DNA of 63,655 bases, filler included, from Octopus bimaculoides (GCF_001194135.2; 4 parts of 4 records of this genome joined end to end with filler, not necessarily neighbours in it); one strand, 5' to 3'; shown: positions 1-12,230, counted from the first letter of the whole stretch. The notes: a model not told the origin generated them from the sequence alone. Translations and numbers: made by a program.

Positions 1-240
1 ACCTTGTTTATGGCTAGTGTTTCCAGAATCCACGTGTGGGGAACACTGTCGAAAGCCTTTTGGTAGTCCACCCAGGCCATACTGAGGCCTTTCTTCTTTC
101 TGCGGCTGTCTTCAGTTATGGCTTTATTGATCAATAATTGATCTTTACAGCCGTATGAGCCCTTGCAGCATCCCTTCTGCTCTTTTGGAAACAGGTTGTT
201 CTTTTCCAGGTGTTTACTCAATCTCTGCGATATTATTGCA
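1..240 (-). mobile_element. R4/Dong-clade non-LTR retrotransposon RT fragment, 5'-truncated, running off the window edge
   Basis: Stop-free minus-strand frame AIISQRLSKHLEKNNLFPKEQKGCCKGSYGCKDQLLINKAITEDSRRKKKGLSMAWVDYQKAFDSVPHTWILETLAINK. The EQKGC..GCKDQLLI..AWxDYxKAFDSVPH pattern is typical of R4/Dong RTs. Not in the ORF track because it has no start codon. Confidence 0.85.
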
Positions 241-297
241 GTTATTATTATTATTATTATTATGATTATTATTATTATCATCATCATCATTATTATT

Positions 298-1080
298 TAA
301 GGCAGTGAGCTGGCAGAATCATTAGCACACTGGGCAAAATGCTTAGCCGCATTTTGTGTGTCTTTATGTTCTAAGTTCAAGTTCACATTTTGTCTGATGT
401 GGTAACAATTCTGCTACTTCAATAATGATTTATACTTTAGGTACAAGGCCACAAATGTTTGTGTAAAGGAACAGATGATTATATCTACTTGTTTGTAACT
501 TTAAATATTAACCCAGGTAGGGAAAAAAGCAAAGTCAACATCAATAGAATTTGAACTCAGCACATAATAGGAGCTAACTAAATACTACCAAGCATTTAGT
601 CCAGAATTCCCCCAAATCTGCCTTCAAACACATTTAAAAATAGGTTGCAGAAAATTCTGAGTTGAGGGTAGTGTTGTTTGATTGAAATTACTCTCTTCTG
701 AGTTGAGGGTAGTGAAATGGCAGAATCCTTACTGTGCCAGGCAAAATGTTTAGCGGTATTTTGTCTGTCTTTACGCTGGGAGTTCAAATTCTGCTGAGGT
801 CGACTTTGCCTTTCATCCTTTCAAGATTGATAAAATAAGGACTATTTCATCACTGGGATCAATGTAATTGATTTACCTACTGGCATGAAATTGCTAGCCT
901 TATGTCAAAATTTGAAACCAATATAATGCTTAAGTTGGCATAGTTATTAGAGAGCCACATAATAAGCCCTACAATATCTATTGTGGTTCTCTATACTCCG
1001 AGTTCAAATCCAACCAAGGTTCACTTTGCTTTTCATCATCCTGGGGTTGATAAATAAATATCAGTTAATTTATTTTACAA
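298..1080. mobile_element. Cluster of tRNA-derived SINE type 2 copies (Meta-domain-like core) in both orientations
   Basis: Recurrent ggcagtgagctggcagaatc...gttctgagttcaaattc..gaggtcgactttgcctttcatcctttc.gggtcgataaaataag; other copies near 2480-2720, 15620-16065, 19505-19610, 33520-33625, 35650-35790, 40255-41180, 48070-48245, 49160-49350, 49480-49600, 59230-59410. Confidence 0.8.
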
Positions 1081-1888
1081 GTGAGTAGGGTTATGGAGAC
1101 CACTTGCAGTGACCTTTTCTCCAGATATAGAAGAGCTTTAGTAAGGGGTTAGCAAACCACTCTCAGAACAACTGATATAATAATACTGAAACTATCTAAG
1201 GATGGAGGGATAGATGTGTAGAACAGCATGAAATAGAATTAAAGATGAAAAATATGAAGATATTAATGTTGTCTATCTTGTTGGAGATACTTTATTAAAA
1301 CAAAAATATAAAGAAATGTGGGATTTCTGAGGATGTTCTTTTTTGAGAATTTCTGCTTTTCTTCAATAAGATATAAGGTTGAATATGTTAGGCAATATAA
1401 AGATATTGCAGCAAACACCAATGGCATCAGTCATCATATTGATCTGTTCTCTCATAATGTTACTGTCCCTCTCTCACACACACACACACACACACACATG
1501 CACATTCTCTCTCTCTTTCACTGTCACTTATACACATCTACACCAACTTATTCCCAGATCTATAAACATACATAAGCACACAAACATATGCATCTACATA
1601 TAATTCTTTCACAACATCCACATCACACATAGAAGACAGAATAAAGAAAGCTAACTCTCCCTTTCTCTCTCCCCCCCCCCACACACTTAGAGCAATCACA
1701 GGTACCACATTTGGGCAAGAGAAAGAAACAACAAAGATGTATACAAGCAATACATTAAATCCATCATGGACCAAGCTAGTTCTATCTGGGTTTCATCTTA
1801 TCCACTACAAATCACTTTAACGAACACAACCAGTGCATAGCACATGATAACAGTTTATACACAGTTCCCACTCTCAGATCACCTAGAG

Positions 1889-2230
1889 CAGTGGTTCTCG
1901 ACTGGGTTCCATATGACTCCTGGGGTCTATATAAGATTTTTGGAGGTCCATGCAAGCAAAATAGTAAATAGGAGATCCAAGATAGTATCTTAAGGGCCCA
2001 AGAAAACATTTTGTTTTAGATGTATTTATTGCAAGAAGGGCTAGATTGCTTTCTCTAACATTTTACACAAACTACACAAGTTAATGTGTGAATAACAAAA
2101 TAAGAATTTTGAGAGAAGTACCTATAAAACTAGCTTTAAACATCATATGGCTATGGGGGGGGGGGTCCAACTGGAGTAAAATAGTAATTAAAGGAGTTCA
2201 TAGATAAAAAAAAATAGTTGAGAGTGACCG
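1889..2230 (+). mobile_element. Non-autonomous hAT (Charlie-like) element
   Basis: Left end cagtggttctcgac, degenerate right end gttgagagtgaccg; flanks acctagag / gactagac resemble the NTCTAGAN hAT target. Confidence 0.6.
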
Positions 2231-3549
2231 GACTAGACAAATGCTAAAAACAAAAGCCAGCCAGACATGCAAGGGGTATGGTTTGTACCTCGAGCAAAGC
2301 TTCAACTCCATAGTCCATCTCACTACATGAAAATTCATCTCCAAACATGCAGACACATATACAATACTCTAGAGTAACATCCACCAACTCAATGTGGACA
2401 AGATTAAGGAAGACATCCATAAAGAAGTGGCTGTTGCATTAATAGCCTTATTGACCCCAACCAAATACTTTGCTTAGATGCACATCACTAATGATGGTTT
2501 CAAAAGGTTTCAAATTTTGGGACAAACCCAGGAATTTTAAGGGAGGGTAAGTTGATTACATTGGCTACGGTGTCCAACTGGTAATAATTATTTTATCAAC
2601 CCTGAAAGAATGAAAGACAAAGCTGACCCTGGCAGAATTTGAACTCAGAACATAAAGATAAACAAAATGATGCTCAGCATTTTGCCTAGTCTGCTGATGA
2701 CTCTGTCAGCTTGCCACCCTGCACAACACCAATAATAAGAGCAGACAAGTATCAAGTGTTGAACCCTGATCAAATCTCCCTTGCTGCTTCTTTATAAGTA
2801 TTATAAACAGGCTAAATAGTGGTGGTAGTGGTGGTCCAGATTGCCTAACTGCACTTTATATGATACACCATTGCATGTTGAAGTATGCAGTATGGTACTT
2901 GGTTAGACAGAGATCTGGTACAACTGCAAAGATAGATCTCATGACTACCTACATGTCAAGACCATTCAGTCAGGCTGACCTGCAGATATACGACGATGAA
3001 GGCAATAATGTGCATTGGGATCAAACAGGAAACATATTTGCAATGAAAACTTTTTTAACCATACAGCAACGCCTACATCAAAGTGTGTGTGTATGTGTGT
3101 GTGTATGTGTGCATGCATGTGTGTCTGCATGTGCATGTGTATACAAACGTGTTTATATTCATTTGATTTTACATCCATTTTACCTTGCTATCTAGGGTTA
3201 GATGAATATATTATGGAGGCATTGCTTTAGAGCTTGATGCTCTTCTTGTCACTAACCCTTACCTCTTTTTCAAGTAATAAGTCACTTATTCGACATGTTT
3301 TTGGAGGCACAAAACTAGCAGATAATTTCTTGACAGGGGAAATGGCAATGAAATGTAAATGTAAATAAAGGCCCACATATGCACACACAAACACATGCAC
3401 TTATATACACAGATACATAGATAAACTGTAGTTAACAAATGTGTTTCCCAACCAAATAGTCTTGAGTTCAGTCTCACTGTGTGGCACACTGTTCCTGTGC
3501 TTGCTTTGATATATTTTCTATAGCTGGCTGCCCTTTCTAATGCCAAGCA

Positions 3550-3594
<45 letters not shown>

Positions 3595-3885
3595 AATAAT
3601 ACAGAATGGGACAAGAACGCAAAACATCCAGACAGTTTAGGTGATACAAGGAAGGGACAAAACATACAGAAAGATGATACAAAGAAAGACGATATATATA
3701 TATGTGTGTGTGTGTGTCTGTGTGTGTGTGTGTGTGTGTATACATATACATGAGTGTATAAGTATATCTATCTATACACATACCTATACATGCAAATATA
3801 TGTGTGTGTGTAATAATATATGTATGTGTGTGCATGTGCAGTAATATCTGCACTAAGCAGTGTTTAGGCATAAGTGAATATTAGG

Positions 3886-4281
3886 TTAGTTAAAATATCT
3901 TTGTGACATATTTCAACTGCTACAGGCAAATTCACTGCAGTTACAATGGAGAAAAATTCTCTTTTATGGTAAAAAAAAAAAAGGTGTAAAAACACTTTAT
4001 TTGTCCAGTGCTGTCACCTGTTGGATTCTCAGATATCAATTTTTCTAGTTTCTGAGCCATGGCTTGATTAGATCTGTCCAGAGTTGCCTCTCTTTGGTAT
4101 CTTCCATTGATAACGGCTACAAAGCTAGAAACATTGAAGTCTGGAAATCCAATAGGTGGCAGCACTGGTCAGATATGGTGCTTTTACATCTTTTTTACCA
4201 TAAAAGAAAATTTTTCTCCATAGCAACTGCAGTGAATTTACCTTTAGCAGTTGAAATATGTGACAAACATATTTTAACTAA
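3886..4281. repeat. Long imperfect palindrome (foldback/MITE-like), arms ~160 bp, loop ~76 bp
   Basis: Arm 3886-4048 is the reverse complement of 4125-4281 with scattered mismatches (ttagttaaaatat.tttgt.acatatttcaactgcta.agg.aaattcactgcagtt...). Confidence 0.9.
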
Positions 4282-4574
4282 TGTAAAGTTCACAAATATA
4301 CATATCGTTGCTATTATGCAAAAGTGTCGTAAGTACAAAATGCTGCTTTTTCAGAAAACAAGAAAATAGTTTCACCATTTCATAGTAAAACCATTATACT
4401 ACATTTTGACAATTTTTGATATCTTGGCATCTGAAGCAGCTGGAGATAAGATAGTTCGACCAAAAGAACCGGCTATTGCAAACAAAAATAAATATTGAAT
4501 AAAAGCATTTGGCCAAATTTGGACATACGACACTTTAACATAATAGCAATGATATATATATATATATTTATAGG

Positions 4575-4882
4575 CAAGTGTAAGGACTTTCGAGCGAGAT
4601 CGTTGCCAGTGCCCCTGGACTGGCTCTTGTGCGGGTAGCACATAAAATACACCATTTTGAGCGTGGCCGTTGCCAGTACCGCCTGACTGGCCTTCGTGCC
4701 AGTGGCACGTAAAAGCACCCACTACACTCTCTGAGTGGTTGGCGTTCGGAAGGGCATCCAGCTGTAGAAACTCTGCTAAATCAGATTGGAGCCTGGTGTA
4801 GCCATCTGGTTTCACCAGTCCTCAGTCAAATCGTCCAACCCATGCTAGCATGGAAAGCAGACGTTAAACGACGATGATGATG
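4575..4882 (+). mobile_element. RTE-tailed SINE-like repeat with internal tandem modules, ending in (GAT)n
   Basis: 3' end ccaacccatgctagcatggaaagc.gacgttaaacgacgatgatgatg resembles RTE tails; closely similar inverted copy at 15199-15620, diverged copies at 26440-26640 and 27790-27965. Confidence 0.7.
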
Positions 4883-5329
4883 AGGCAAAGGGAGCCTGAG
4901 CAGCTTTCCAGCCAGCCAATCCATGCTAGCATGGAGAACAGATGTCGAATGATGATGATGGTGATGATATACACATACACCCACAAGTGTATGTGTGCAC
5001 ACACACACACACACACACACATGCGCGCTCAGTCACATAGTGGAAATGAGAACAAATGAATGTTTAAAAAAGAAAGAAAGAAAGAAGGAAAGAAAAGCCC
5101 TAGTCACTTGTTATTACAATAATTATTTGACATATCAATAACCACATTTCACACTGTTATAGTTCTGCACAATTTAATTTCAGTAGGAAACAATTTCAAG
5201 AGAAAAAACAGTCAAAATCTGAAAATGATAATTTATGACTTGTCATTAAAAAAATTGAGATGATAAAAGTAAAAATATGAAATAAAAAAGATAACAACAA
5301 CAAAAAAAAACCGTAATGACAACGATTAC

Positions 5330-5631
5330 AATGACAACAGTCAGCCCCAGCTCCCACACACTATGAAGACCACCACAACTGCTACCAACTACCACCACTG
5401 TCACTGTCATTACTTTGACTGCTATCGTGACAACAACAGTAGCAGTAGTAGTAGTAGTGATGGTGTTGGTTGTGATGGTGCCAGAAACAGTGGTGTTGGT
5501 GGTGGTGGTAGTAGTAATTGTGTTTGTGGTAGTAGTAGTAGTAGTGGTGCTGATAGTGGTGGTGGTAATGGTAGTAGTGGTGGTGATGGTTGCAGTAGTA
5601 GTGGAAGTGGTGGCAGAAGTAATGGTGGTGG

Positions 5632-5677
<46 letters not shown>

Positions 5678-5790
5678 GCTGCTACTACTGCTACTACTTC
5701 TACTACCACCACCACCACCACCACCACCACCATCACCACTACTTCTACCACCACTACCACTACCACCTCCAGTAGTGCTGCTGCTGCTAT
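5330..5790. repeat. Compound trinucleotide microsatellite (ACC/ACT, then GTA/GTG, then ACT/ACC)
   Basis: Directly visible; source of the poly-T/V/L/S ORFs in the track. Confidence 0.95.
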
Positions 5791-6622
5791 GGTATTTCTT
5801 TTCCAAGTGGTATATGATATAAAGTTTCTAGATTGTTCCATAACTTCCATTTAACCATTAATGTAACATATTTTCCATTGGCAGTGCCAATATATTCTTG
5901 CTGAAGCATTGACGGCTTCTCCCAAAGAGACTTATAATTGATTTTTGCATTGTTTTAATTAAAGCTTGGTGTGTTACTGCAATCTTCACCTGTTTTTATA
6001 TGAGATTGTCAGCTTTCAGATGGTGTGATATTGTAGTTGGTTTATTAAGAGAGGGTGGTCATTTGTTTTGTTGTTGTTACTTTTATTGTTTAACTACAGG
6101 GACAGTCCAGATCCAACAGATTCAGGATCAAAGGTGCTCAAGCCATTTCAACCTCATCTTTTGTTCAAATATAATATACCTAGGACTGTCTTTTGATTTT
6201 TAAGTTAATAGGAAGAAATTTAAGAGAGATTTAGCTGCTATTTCTAACAAGTCGAATGAACCCTCTGAAGATCTATCCTTGGCTGGCTTCTGCTGTTGTT
6301 GTTGTTTAGTCACCTACTTTTAATCACTCCAAGATCAGCAGACATTTTATCAAAGATGTTCCAGTTGTGATCATTCCATCTTTTATCAGACAAAGTGTAT
6401 CTAGGACTACACTATCTGAACGAGGGTGAATTTGAGAGAGATTGACTATTTTCAGTAGTTTGGACAATTGTAAACATGCAATATTTCTTAACCATTTTTG
6501 TACCTATGGACCCCTTTGATTCCTATTTTACTCAGATGGATCCTCCTAGCCATTCAATGTTTAAAAAAAATCATACTATATTTTAATAATTAAGTATTAT
6601 TAGGAATTGTATAGAAAAAATT

Positions 6623-7022
6623 GTTGGAGTGGCTGTGTTGTAAGTAGCTTGCTTACCAACCACATAGTTTTGGGTTCAGTCCCACTGCATAGCACTTTGG
6701 GCAAGTGTCTTCTACTATAGCCTCAGGCTGACCAAAGCATTGTGAGTGGATTTGGTAGACAGAAACTGAAAGAAGCCTGTCGTATATATGTATATATATA
6801 TCTGTGTGTGTGTGTGTGTGTGCGTGTGTGTTTGTGTGTCTGTGTTTGTCCCTCCACCATTGCTTGACAACCAAAGGTGGCATGTTTATGTCCCTGTAAC
6901 TTAGCGATTCAGCTAAGAGACTGATAGAATAAGTACAAAGAATAAGTCCTGGGGTCGATTTGTTCACCTAAAGGTGGTGCTTCAGCATGGCCACAGTCAA
7001 ATGACTGAAACAAATAAAAGAA
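6623..7022 (+). mobile_element. tRNA-derived SINE type 1 (CORE-like domain, internal microsatellite)
   Basis: A-box/B-box-like head, gcactttgggcaagtgtcttctactatagcc core, internal (TA)/(TG) tract, tail ...gactgaaacaaataaaaga. Confidence 0.85.
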
Positions 7023-7052
7023 TAATATATCTTGTGAATTGTAGAAGTTTAA

Positions 7053-7259
7053 CCCTTTAGCATTTCAACCAGCCATATCTACCTGTTTTACATTCAAACT
7101 GGATTATCTATAGCCTTTCACATCTATCCTATTATGTCGTTCTTAAAATAAACAATCACATCATTGAAACCTCAAAGTTATGAGATAATGTATGGTTAAT
7201 TCAAAGCAATATGAATAAATAAGCACTACATTTAACAGAGTCAGCTGAACACTAAAGGG
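7053..7259. mobile_element. piggyBac-type MITE (207 bp)
   Basis: TTAA|CCCTTTAG ... CTAAAGGG|TTAA. Confidence 0.8.
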
Positions 7260-8330
7260 TTAACCAATTTAACAACAAAGTCTTATATGGACCTTGGTTG
7301 AGAACCACTAGCATAAAGGCTGACCCTTTATTTCATCCATATTGTTGTTTAACCCTAAATCAGTTCTGATTTAGTAGACCCAAAATGAAAGGCATTCCTC
7401 ATAGTACTTAGGCTCTCAGTTCTTTTGCCATGTTAACATAGACAAGATTTGAAGTTAGGAGCATTAAACACCCAGTTTCATACCATAAACCATCAGATCA
7501 ACACCTACCAATGTCTTGCTTGCCTTGTTCAGTATTTTATCTAAACCATGGGTGTCCCCTCTCTCTTATTTGAATCTTGAACAACAATTAATTTTCTGGT
7601 TAAATACAACTAACCCAGGTAGGATTAATTGTCAATTTGCTTCCTCTAAAAGCATTGCTTTCCTTCCAAACAGAACAATAAATACTTTCACATCTACTTT
7701 CAGTCCTCATTTACACACACACACACACTCTATTATGTTCTGTTCACACTTTTCAGACAGCAGCACACCAAACTCTCTTCTATTTTTCAGAACACATACC
7801 ACACCATACTCACTCATACTTTCTTATACATACACTTCTTTATGTTGCTGCAACCAAGATAGATTTGCCCTGTTAAGCCAGAAATATCTGTCTTCCATTA
7901 GCCATACGCATGCACGCACACACACACACATGCAATTCCTTACACTTTCCTATGCTCTTCTTGCTTATTTCCCTTAGTTCTTTCTGCTCTTTAGGCTTCT
8001 GCACATTTCTGCTCTACCCATTTCCTTCTGCCAATCACCATGTTGCCTTACTAAAATTAGAACCGCTTTCTACACTTGGCAATTTTTCCTTTTTTAGATT
8101 TTTGTTATTCTATTGTTGATGAAGGACCTCTGTCTGAAACATTGAATTCTTCTCTGTTTCTTCCCCACAGCATAATTATATTTATTTATATTCTTGCTTG
8201 TTTTTTCTTGTACTATGTTTTTTACTTGCTTTGTTTTTCATGTAATTCCACTGACCACACTCATACATACTATCTGGATTACCGTGTGTGTGTAAATATC
8301 TATCTATCTGTCTATCTATCTATCTATCTG

Positions 8331-8403
<73 letters not shown>

Positions 8404-8879
8404 TTATCTCTCTATCTCTCTATCTATCTACCTACTTACCTATCTGTCTATCTGTCTACCTGTTTGTCTATCTGTCTATCTAGGTAGTCTGTATCAGTGT
8501 GGTAATGCAATTTTTTTCTTTTTAAAACTATTTTTTAATATTTTTTTCCAAAAGGCTTTTTACAGCAACCATCTTTCCTTTGTTGCATTCAGCTGAAATT
8601 CATGAAGTGCACATCTGACAAGTGTGAAGCAACCAACCTTACACTAAACAGGGAGTCATGTTGTATCATTAATTAACATGATCACTATTAAACTATATTA
8701 TACTACCTCTCTAATTTTCTATCGATGACCACTCTTTATTTTGATTAAGAATCATAACCAATCATGTAACATGCTTCTGACTTAAATATAGTGAGTAACA
8801 AGAGGTCTCTTCCACAGCTTTTATTAGTAGTAAGCTCTTCACTATCAGAACTTATAAAATTCATATTAACTTTAGATTC

Positions 8880-9540
8880 ATATGACATTCATTATTTATT
8901 TGACCAAGAACATAGCAAAACTATTAAATGAATAATATATGAAAAGACTGCTGGAGAAAATTGTAGACCTTCTGAGATGAATGTGACAAAATATTCTTCT
9001 ACAATCCATGTAGCAACTCTCAGAGAAAGAACACATTGGCATTAATTCAAAAACGTTCTTGTTTAGAATCAAGGACCTGGATTGCATAGAATCAGACTTC
9101 TTGAACCTGACATTCTGTATGTTCTCAAATTCCTTTAAGAATAAACGTAGATCTGAAGCTAAAATCTTAAATAAGACCTTGCTGTTCTCTAATAACACAA
9201 AGAATTTATATGAAGCTGACAATTTTGTATGAACAGGTACTAAGAAATGTCACCCATGGAAATATATGAGGGCAGACATGTAGATTTATGATAATATAAA
9301 CAGTGGAGCCAAAGATTTTGCTGTGAAGTTAGCTTGGGACAACAGAATAAAGACACTAGCCACACATAAAATTTTTATCACTATTAAGGACCATAAGGCT
9401 AACTTTGTCTCTAAATGTAGGTTGATAAACACCACTAAGTTAAAGACTGGTATAGTTGGCAAGCATATATGTAGGAAAATTATTAATAACATAAGGGAAG
9501 CTTCTGACCTCACCCTCTAACATATGTACGAAGTGTGGTG
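8880..9540 (+). mobile_element. Decayed Penelope-like element RT fragment (Neptune-like)
   Basis: IFITIKDHKANFVSKCRLINTTKLKTGIVGKHI resembles the PLE motif FITLKDHKxNF...CRLINPAKSEIG; stops and frameshifts present. Confidence 0.75.
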
Positions 9541-10527
9541 TATACTTTTGCATGGCACCACACGGGCACTTTTTTGTGGCACTGCAAAGATGCTTTTACA
9601 TGACACCACATACACATACGAAAGACTTCTTTCAGTTTCCATCTACCAAATCACACAGAGTTTACTCTAGGTGCCATGCAATGGGACTGAGCCCAAAGCC
9701 ATGTAGTTGGAAAGCAAACTTTTTGACCATGGATACAAAAAACAAACAAATCTTACTACAGTGACTTTGTTCCAATTCACTTCAACATCTGAACGTCTTC
9801 ACGTGTGTGTGTGCATGTGTACATGTGTGTATGTGTGTGTGTTTGTTTATAAATACAAAAGAAAGAAGAATGATATATTCTTTTAATCAGCTTACACATG
9901 TTTCAGATAGACTAGCAAATTTCAAAATTCTGCAGTGCAGTAAGTCATGCATATAAATTGATCCCATATTTAATCAAGTAATATTCTACAGAGATAGAGA
10001 AATTTAACACCATTCTATCATTATCAAAGTTATACCACACTTAGACTAAATTTATTCAGTGTTTGAAGCTTGGATTTACAAACTGGATAGGCAGCAAAAA
10101 GTAATTTACAGACTATGTGGATTACAAAGGTTTTCACTGGACAATTCAATTAGCCAAGTTTGATCCATACAAAGTACTGATAAAATATTCACCTAGACTT
10201 TAAATCCCTCTTTTACTTGTTTGTTGATACATATATATATATATATAAATATAATCATCATCATTTATATATACACACACTCACATGCATACACACACAT
10301 ACACACATACACACACAGAATATGGGGGTTTAGTTCACTGGTGATCTAAACGAATAGATACACTGGGTAAGTGCTGTACTGGATTATCAGGGTTCCAAGC
10401 TTGTAACTGAGATTTTAGGTTTCCGATTTAGCAGATATATATTTGTGAAAGAGGACAACAAACATTGAGGCATAACAAACATCTCAAGTCATATACAACA
10501 TTTTATATTATTCTTAAATTAGTTGAG

Positions 10528-10586
10528 GTCTTACAGCTGTTTCTGGGTTATCCTAAGTGATATGCAAGTATTCCATCATCAGAGAC
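10528..10586 (-). ncRNA. Minimal type-I hammerhead ribozyme motif
   Basis: Minus strand: GTCT-CTGATGA-tggaatac...aaccca-GAAA-cagctg-TA-AGAC; stem I GTCT/AGAC, stem II tgg/cca, short palindromic stem III, GUA cleavage triplet. Confidence 0.8.
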
Positions 10587-10699
10587 AAGTAGATACCATA
10601 TGAAAGATCTAGACATGGAAAATTCGCAGATAATAAGCAATGAAATAGAAGAGTAGAGAGTAAGGAAATAAGGAAATAAAGTTCACAGTTCATTTTTCA

Positions 10700-10763
10700 G
10701 AGGATATGGATGTTTGAGGGTATGGATGTTTGAGGGTATGGATGTTTGAGGGTATGGATGTTA
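10700..10763. repeat. Minisatellite, 4 x 16 bp (GAGGGTATGGATGTTT)
   Basis: Directly visible; expanded in the left palindrome arm only. Confidence 0.95.
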
Positions 10764-11117
10764 GTCCAAGGTAAACCCAGGCAGTATTGCAGAAAAGTAT
10801 GAGTAGTGTGTTCTCTCACAGATCAGCCATCTCAATATGAACACACCATTCCCATTTCTGTCAAAATATTGCCTAGATATTTATACTGTGAACACACTAC
10901 TCATACTTTGCCGTAATACTGCCTGGATTTACCTTGAATTTCATCAGAGGACATCCAGATTAACATCCATACCCTGTGCAAAATGAACTGTGAACTTTAT
11001 TTCCTTGTTCCTTAGTCTCTACTCTTCTATTTCATAAATTATTATCTGTGAATTTTCCATGTCTAGATCTTTTATCTGAATATTTCTATGCCTAGATCTT
11101 TCCTATATGCTCTACTT

Positions 11118-11193
11118 GTCTCTGATGACGGAATACCCCTTATTCAGGCTTACCCACCTATCACTTGGGATATCCCAGAAACAGCTGTAAGAC
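11118..11193 (+). ncRNA. Minimal type-I hammerhead ribozyme motif
   Basis: GTCT(11118)-CTGATGA(11122)-cggaatac...tatccca-GAAA(11178)-cagctg-TA-AGAC(11190); predicted cleavage 3' of 11189. Confidence 0.75.
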
Positions 11194-11269
11194 GTCAACT
11201 AATTTAAGAATATTATAAAATAATGGAAAATAATGCATATGACTAGAGATGCTTGTTATGCCTTGGCGT

Positions 11270-12180
11270 TTGTTGTCCTCTTTCACAAATATGTAGTCGG
11301 TAGGAGAAAGACCTGGGAAATAAGCTGGGTGGGGAAGAACTTCATAGTCAAGTTCCCTCAACTTCTGGAGCATCATTAGTGAAACGTGTGGTTGAGCATT
11401 GTCATGAAGACTGATTGGCCCTCTTCTGTTGACCAGTCTGGAATACAGGAGTAGCAGTTTTTCATTCATTTTTGCAATTTCATGGCAATATGTTACTACA
11501 GTAAGGATTTTTCTGGGTTTTAAGAAGTTATTATGGATGAGTCCAGCAGTACACCACCAAACAGTCACCATAACCTTCTTTTTGAAGAGCTCAGGTTTAG
11601 GGAAGGTTTGTGGTGCTTCATTTTGGTCCAACCACTGTGAAGAACGTTTTTTATTATTATACAGAATCCACTTTTTATAGCAAGTTTCAATACGGTCGAG
11701 AAATGGATTGGTCTGGTTATGGAGATGAAGTGACAAGCAAATTTCATATCTGCGCATTTTCTGATTTTCATTCAAGTTGTGTGGTACCCATTTGTTGAGC
11801 TTTTTGATTTTCCAATCACATGCAAATGGCCATTGTCAATGACAGATGGGCGTCCAGTATGTTCACTATCTTCAAGGCTCAGATCTCCACTGTGAAATTG
11901 TTTAAACCATTTTTGAGCTGACCACTCACTGGTCATTTCCTCACCAAATGTTTTGTTGATGTCACGAGTAGTTTCAGATACTTTACATCCTTTTTTGAAG
12001 TGGAATAGCAAAATTTTGCTGTCAAAATGCAATATTGCGTTTTGACAGTTCCATTTCAGATGAGTGTAACAACAGTGAAAAAATATCAATGTTAATTTAT
12101 TGATGTATTTGGCAAAGTCTATGTATTAGCAGACAATTGTAAAAAATTGTTTAAAAAAAATTTCAAAACTACAAAAAACT
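11270..12180 (-). mobile_element. Decayed mariner (DD34D, Hsmar1/SETMAR-like) transposase
   Basis: WILYNNKKRSSQWLD, KVMVTVWW, LHDNAQPH, LPHPAYFPGLSPTDY; HTH part EWSAQKWFKQFHSGDLSLED in another frame. Confidence 0.9.
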
Positions 12181-12230
12181 CGTACAAATTCTTCATGATC
12201 AAAACATTGCTTACTTTTTACTTAACCTGC

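Larger units (their letters stand above)
6478..7312 (-). mobile_element. Non-autonomous hAT element interrupted by a SINE and a piggyBac-type MITE
   Basis: Ends caatatttcttaacc / ggttgagaaccact; internal ggacccctttgattcctattttactc is the reverse complement of sequence in the 1889-2230 element. Confidence 0.55.
10501..11220. repeat. ~720-bp imperfect palindrome of Penelope-type 3'/pseudo-LTR sequence
   Basis: 10501-10813 is the reverse complement of 10890-11220 apart from indels; loop 10814-10889. Confidence 0.9.

Noticed and set aside
4399-4815. Repeated ORF MKPDGYTRLQSDLAEF (also 15271-15519) suggesting a gene family
   Set aside because: Antisense reading of a dispersed repeat
5246-5854. 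Overlapping Thr/Ser/Val/Leu-rich ORFs (mucin-like)
   Set aside because: Trinucleotide repeats lacking stops in several frames
10700-10763. Regular short repeats as a possible CRISPR array
   Set aside because: Contiguous 16-bp tandem units with no spacers; eukaryotic context, no cas genes
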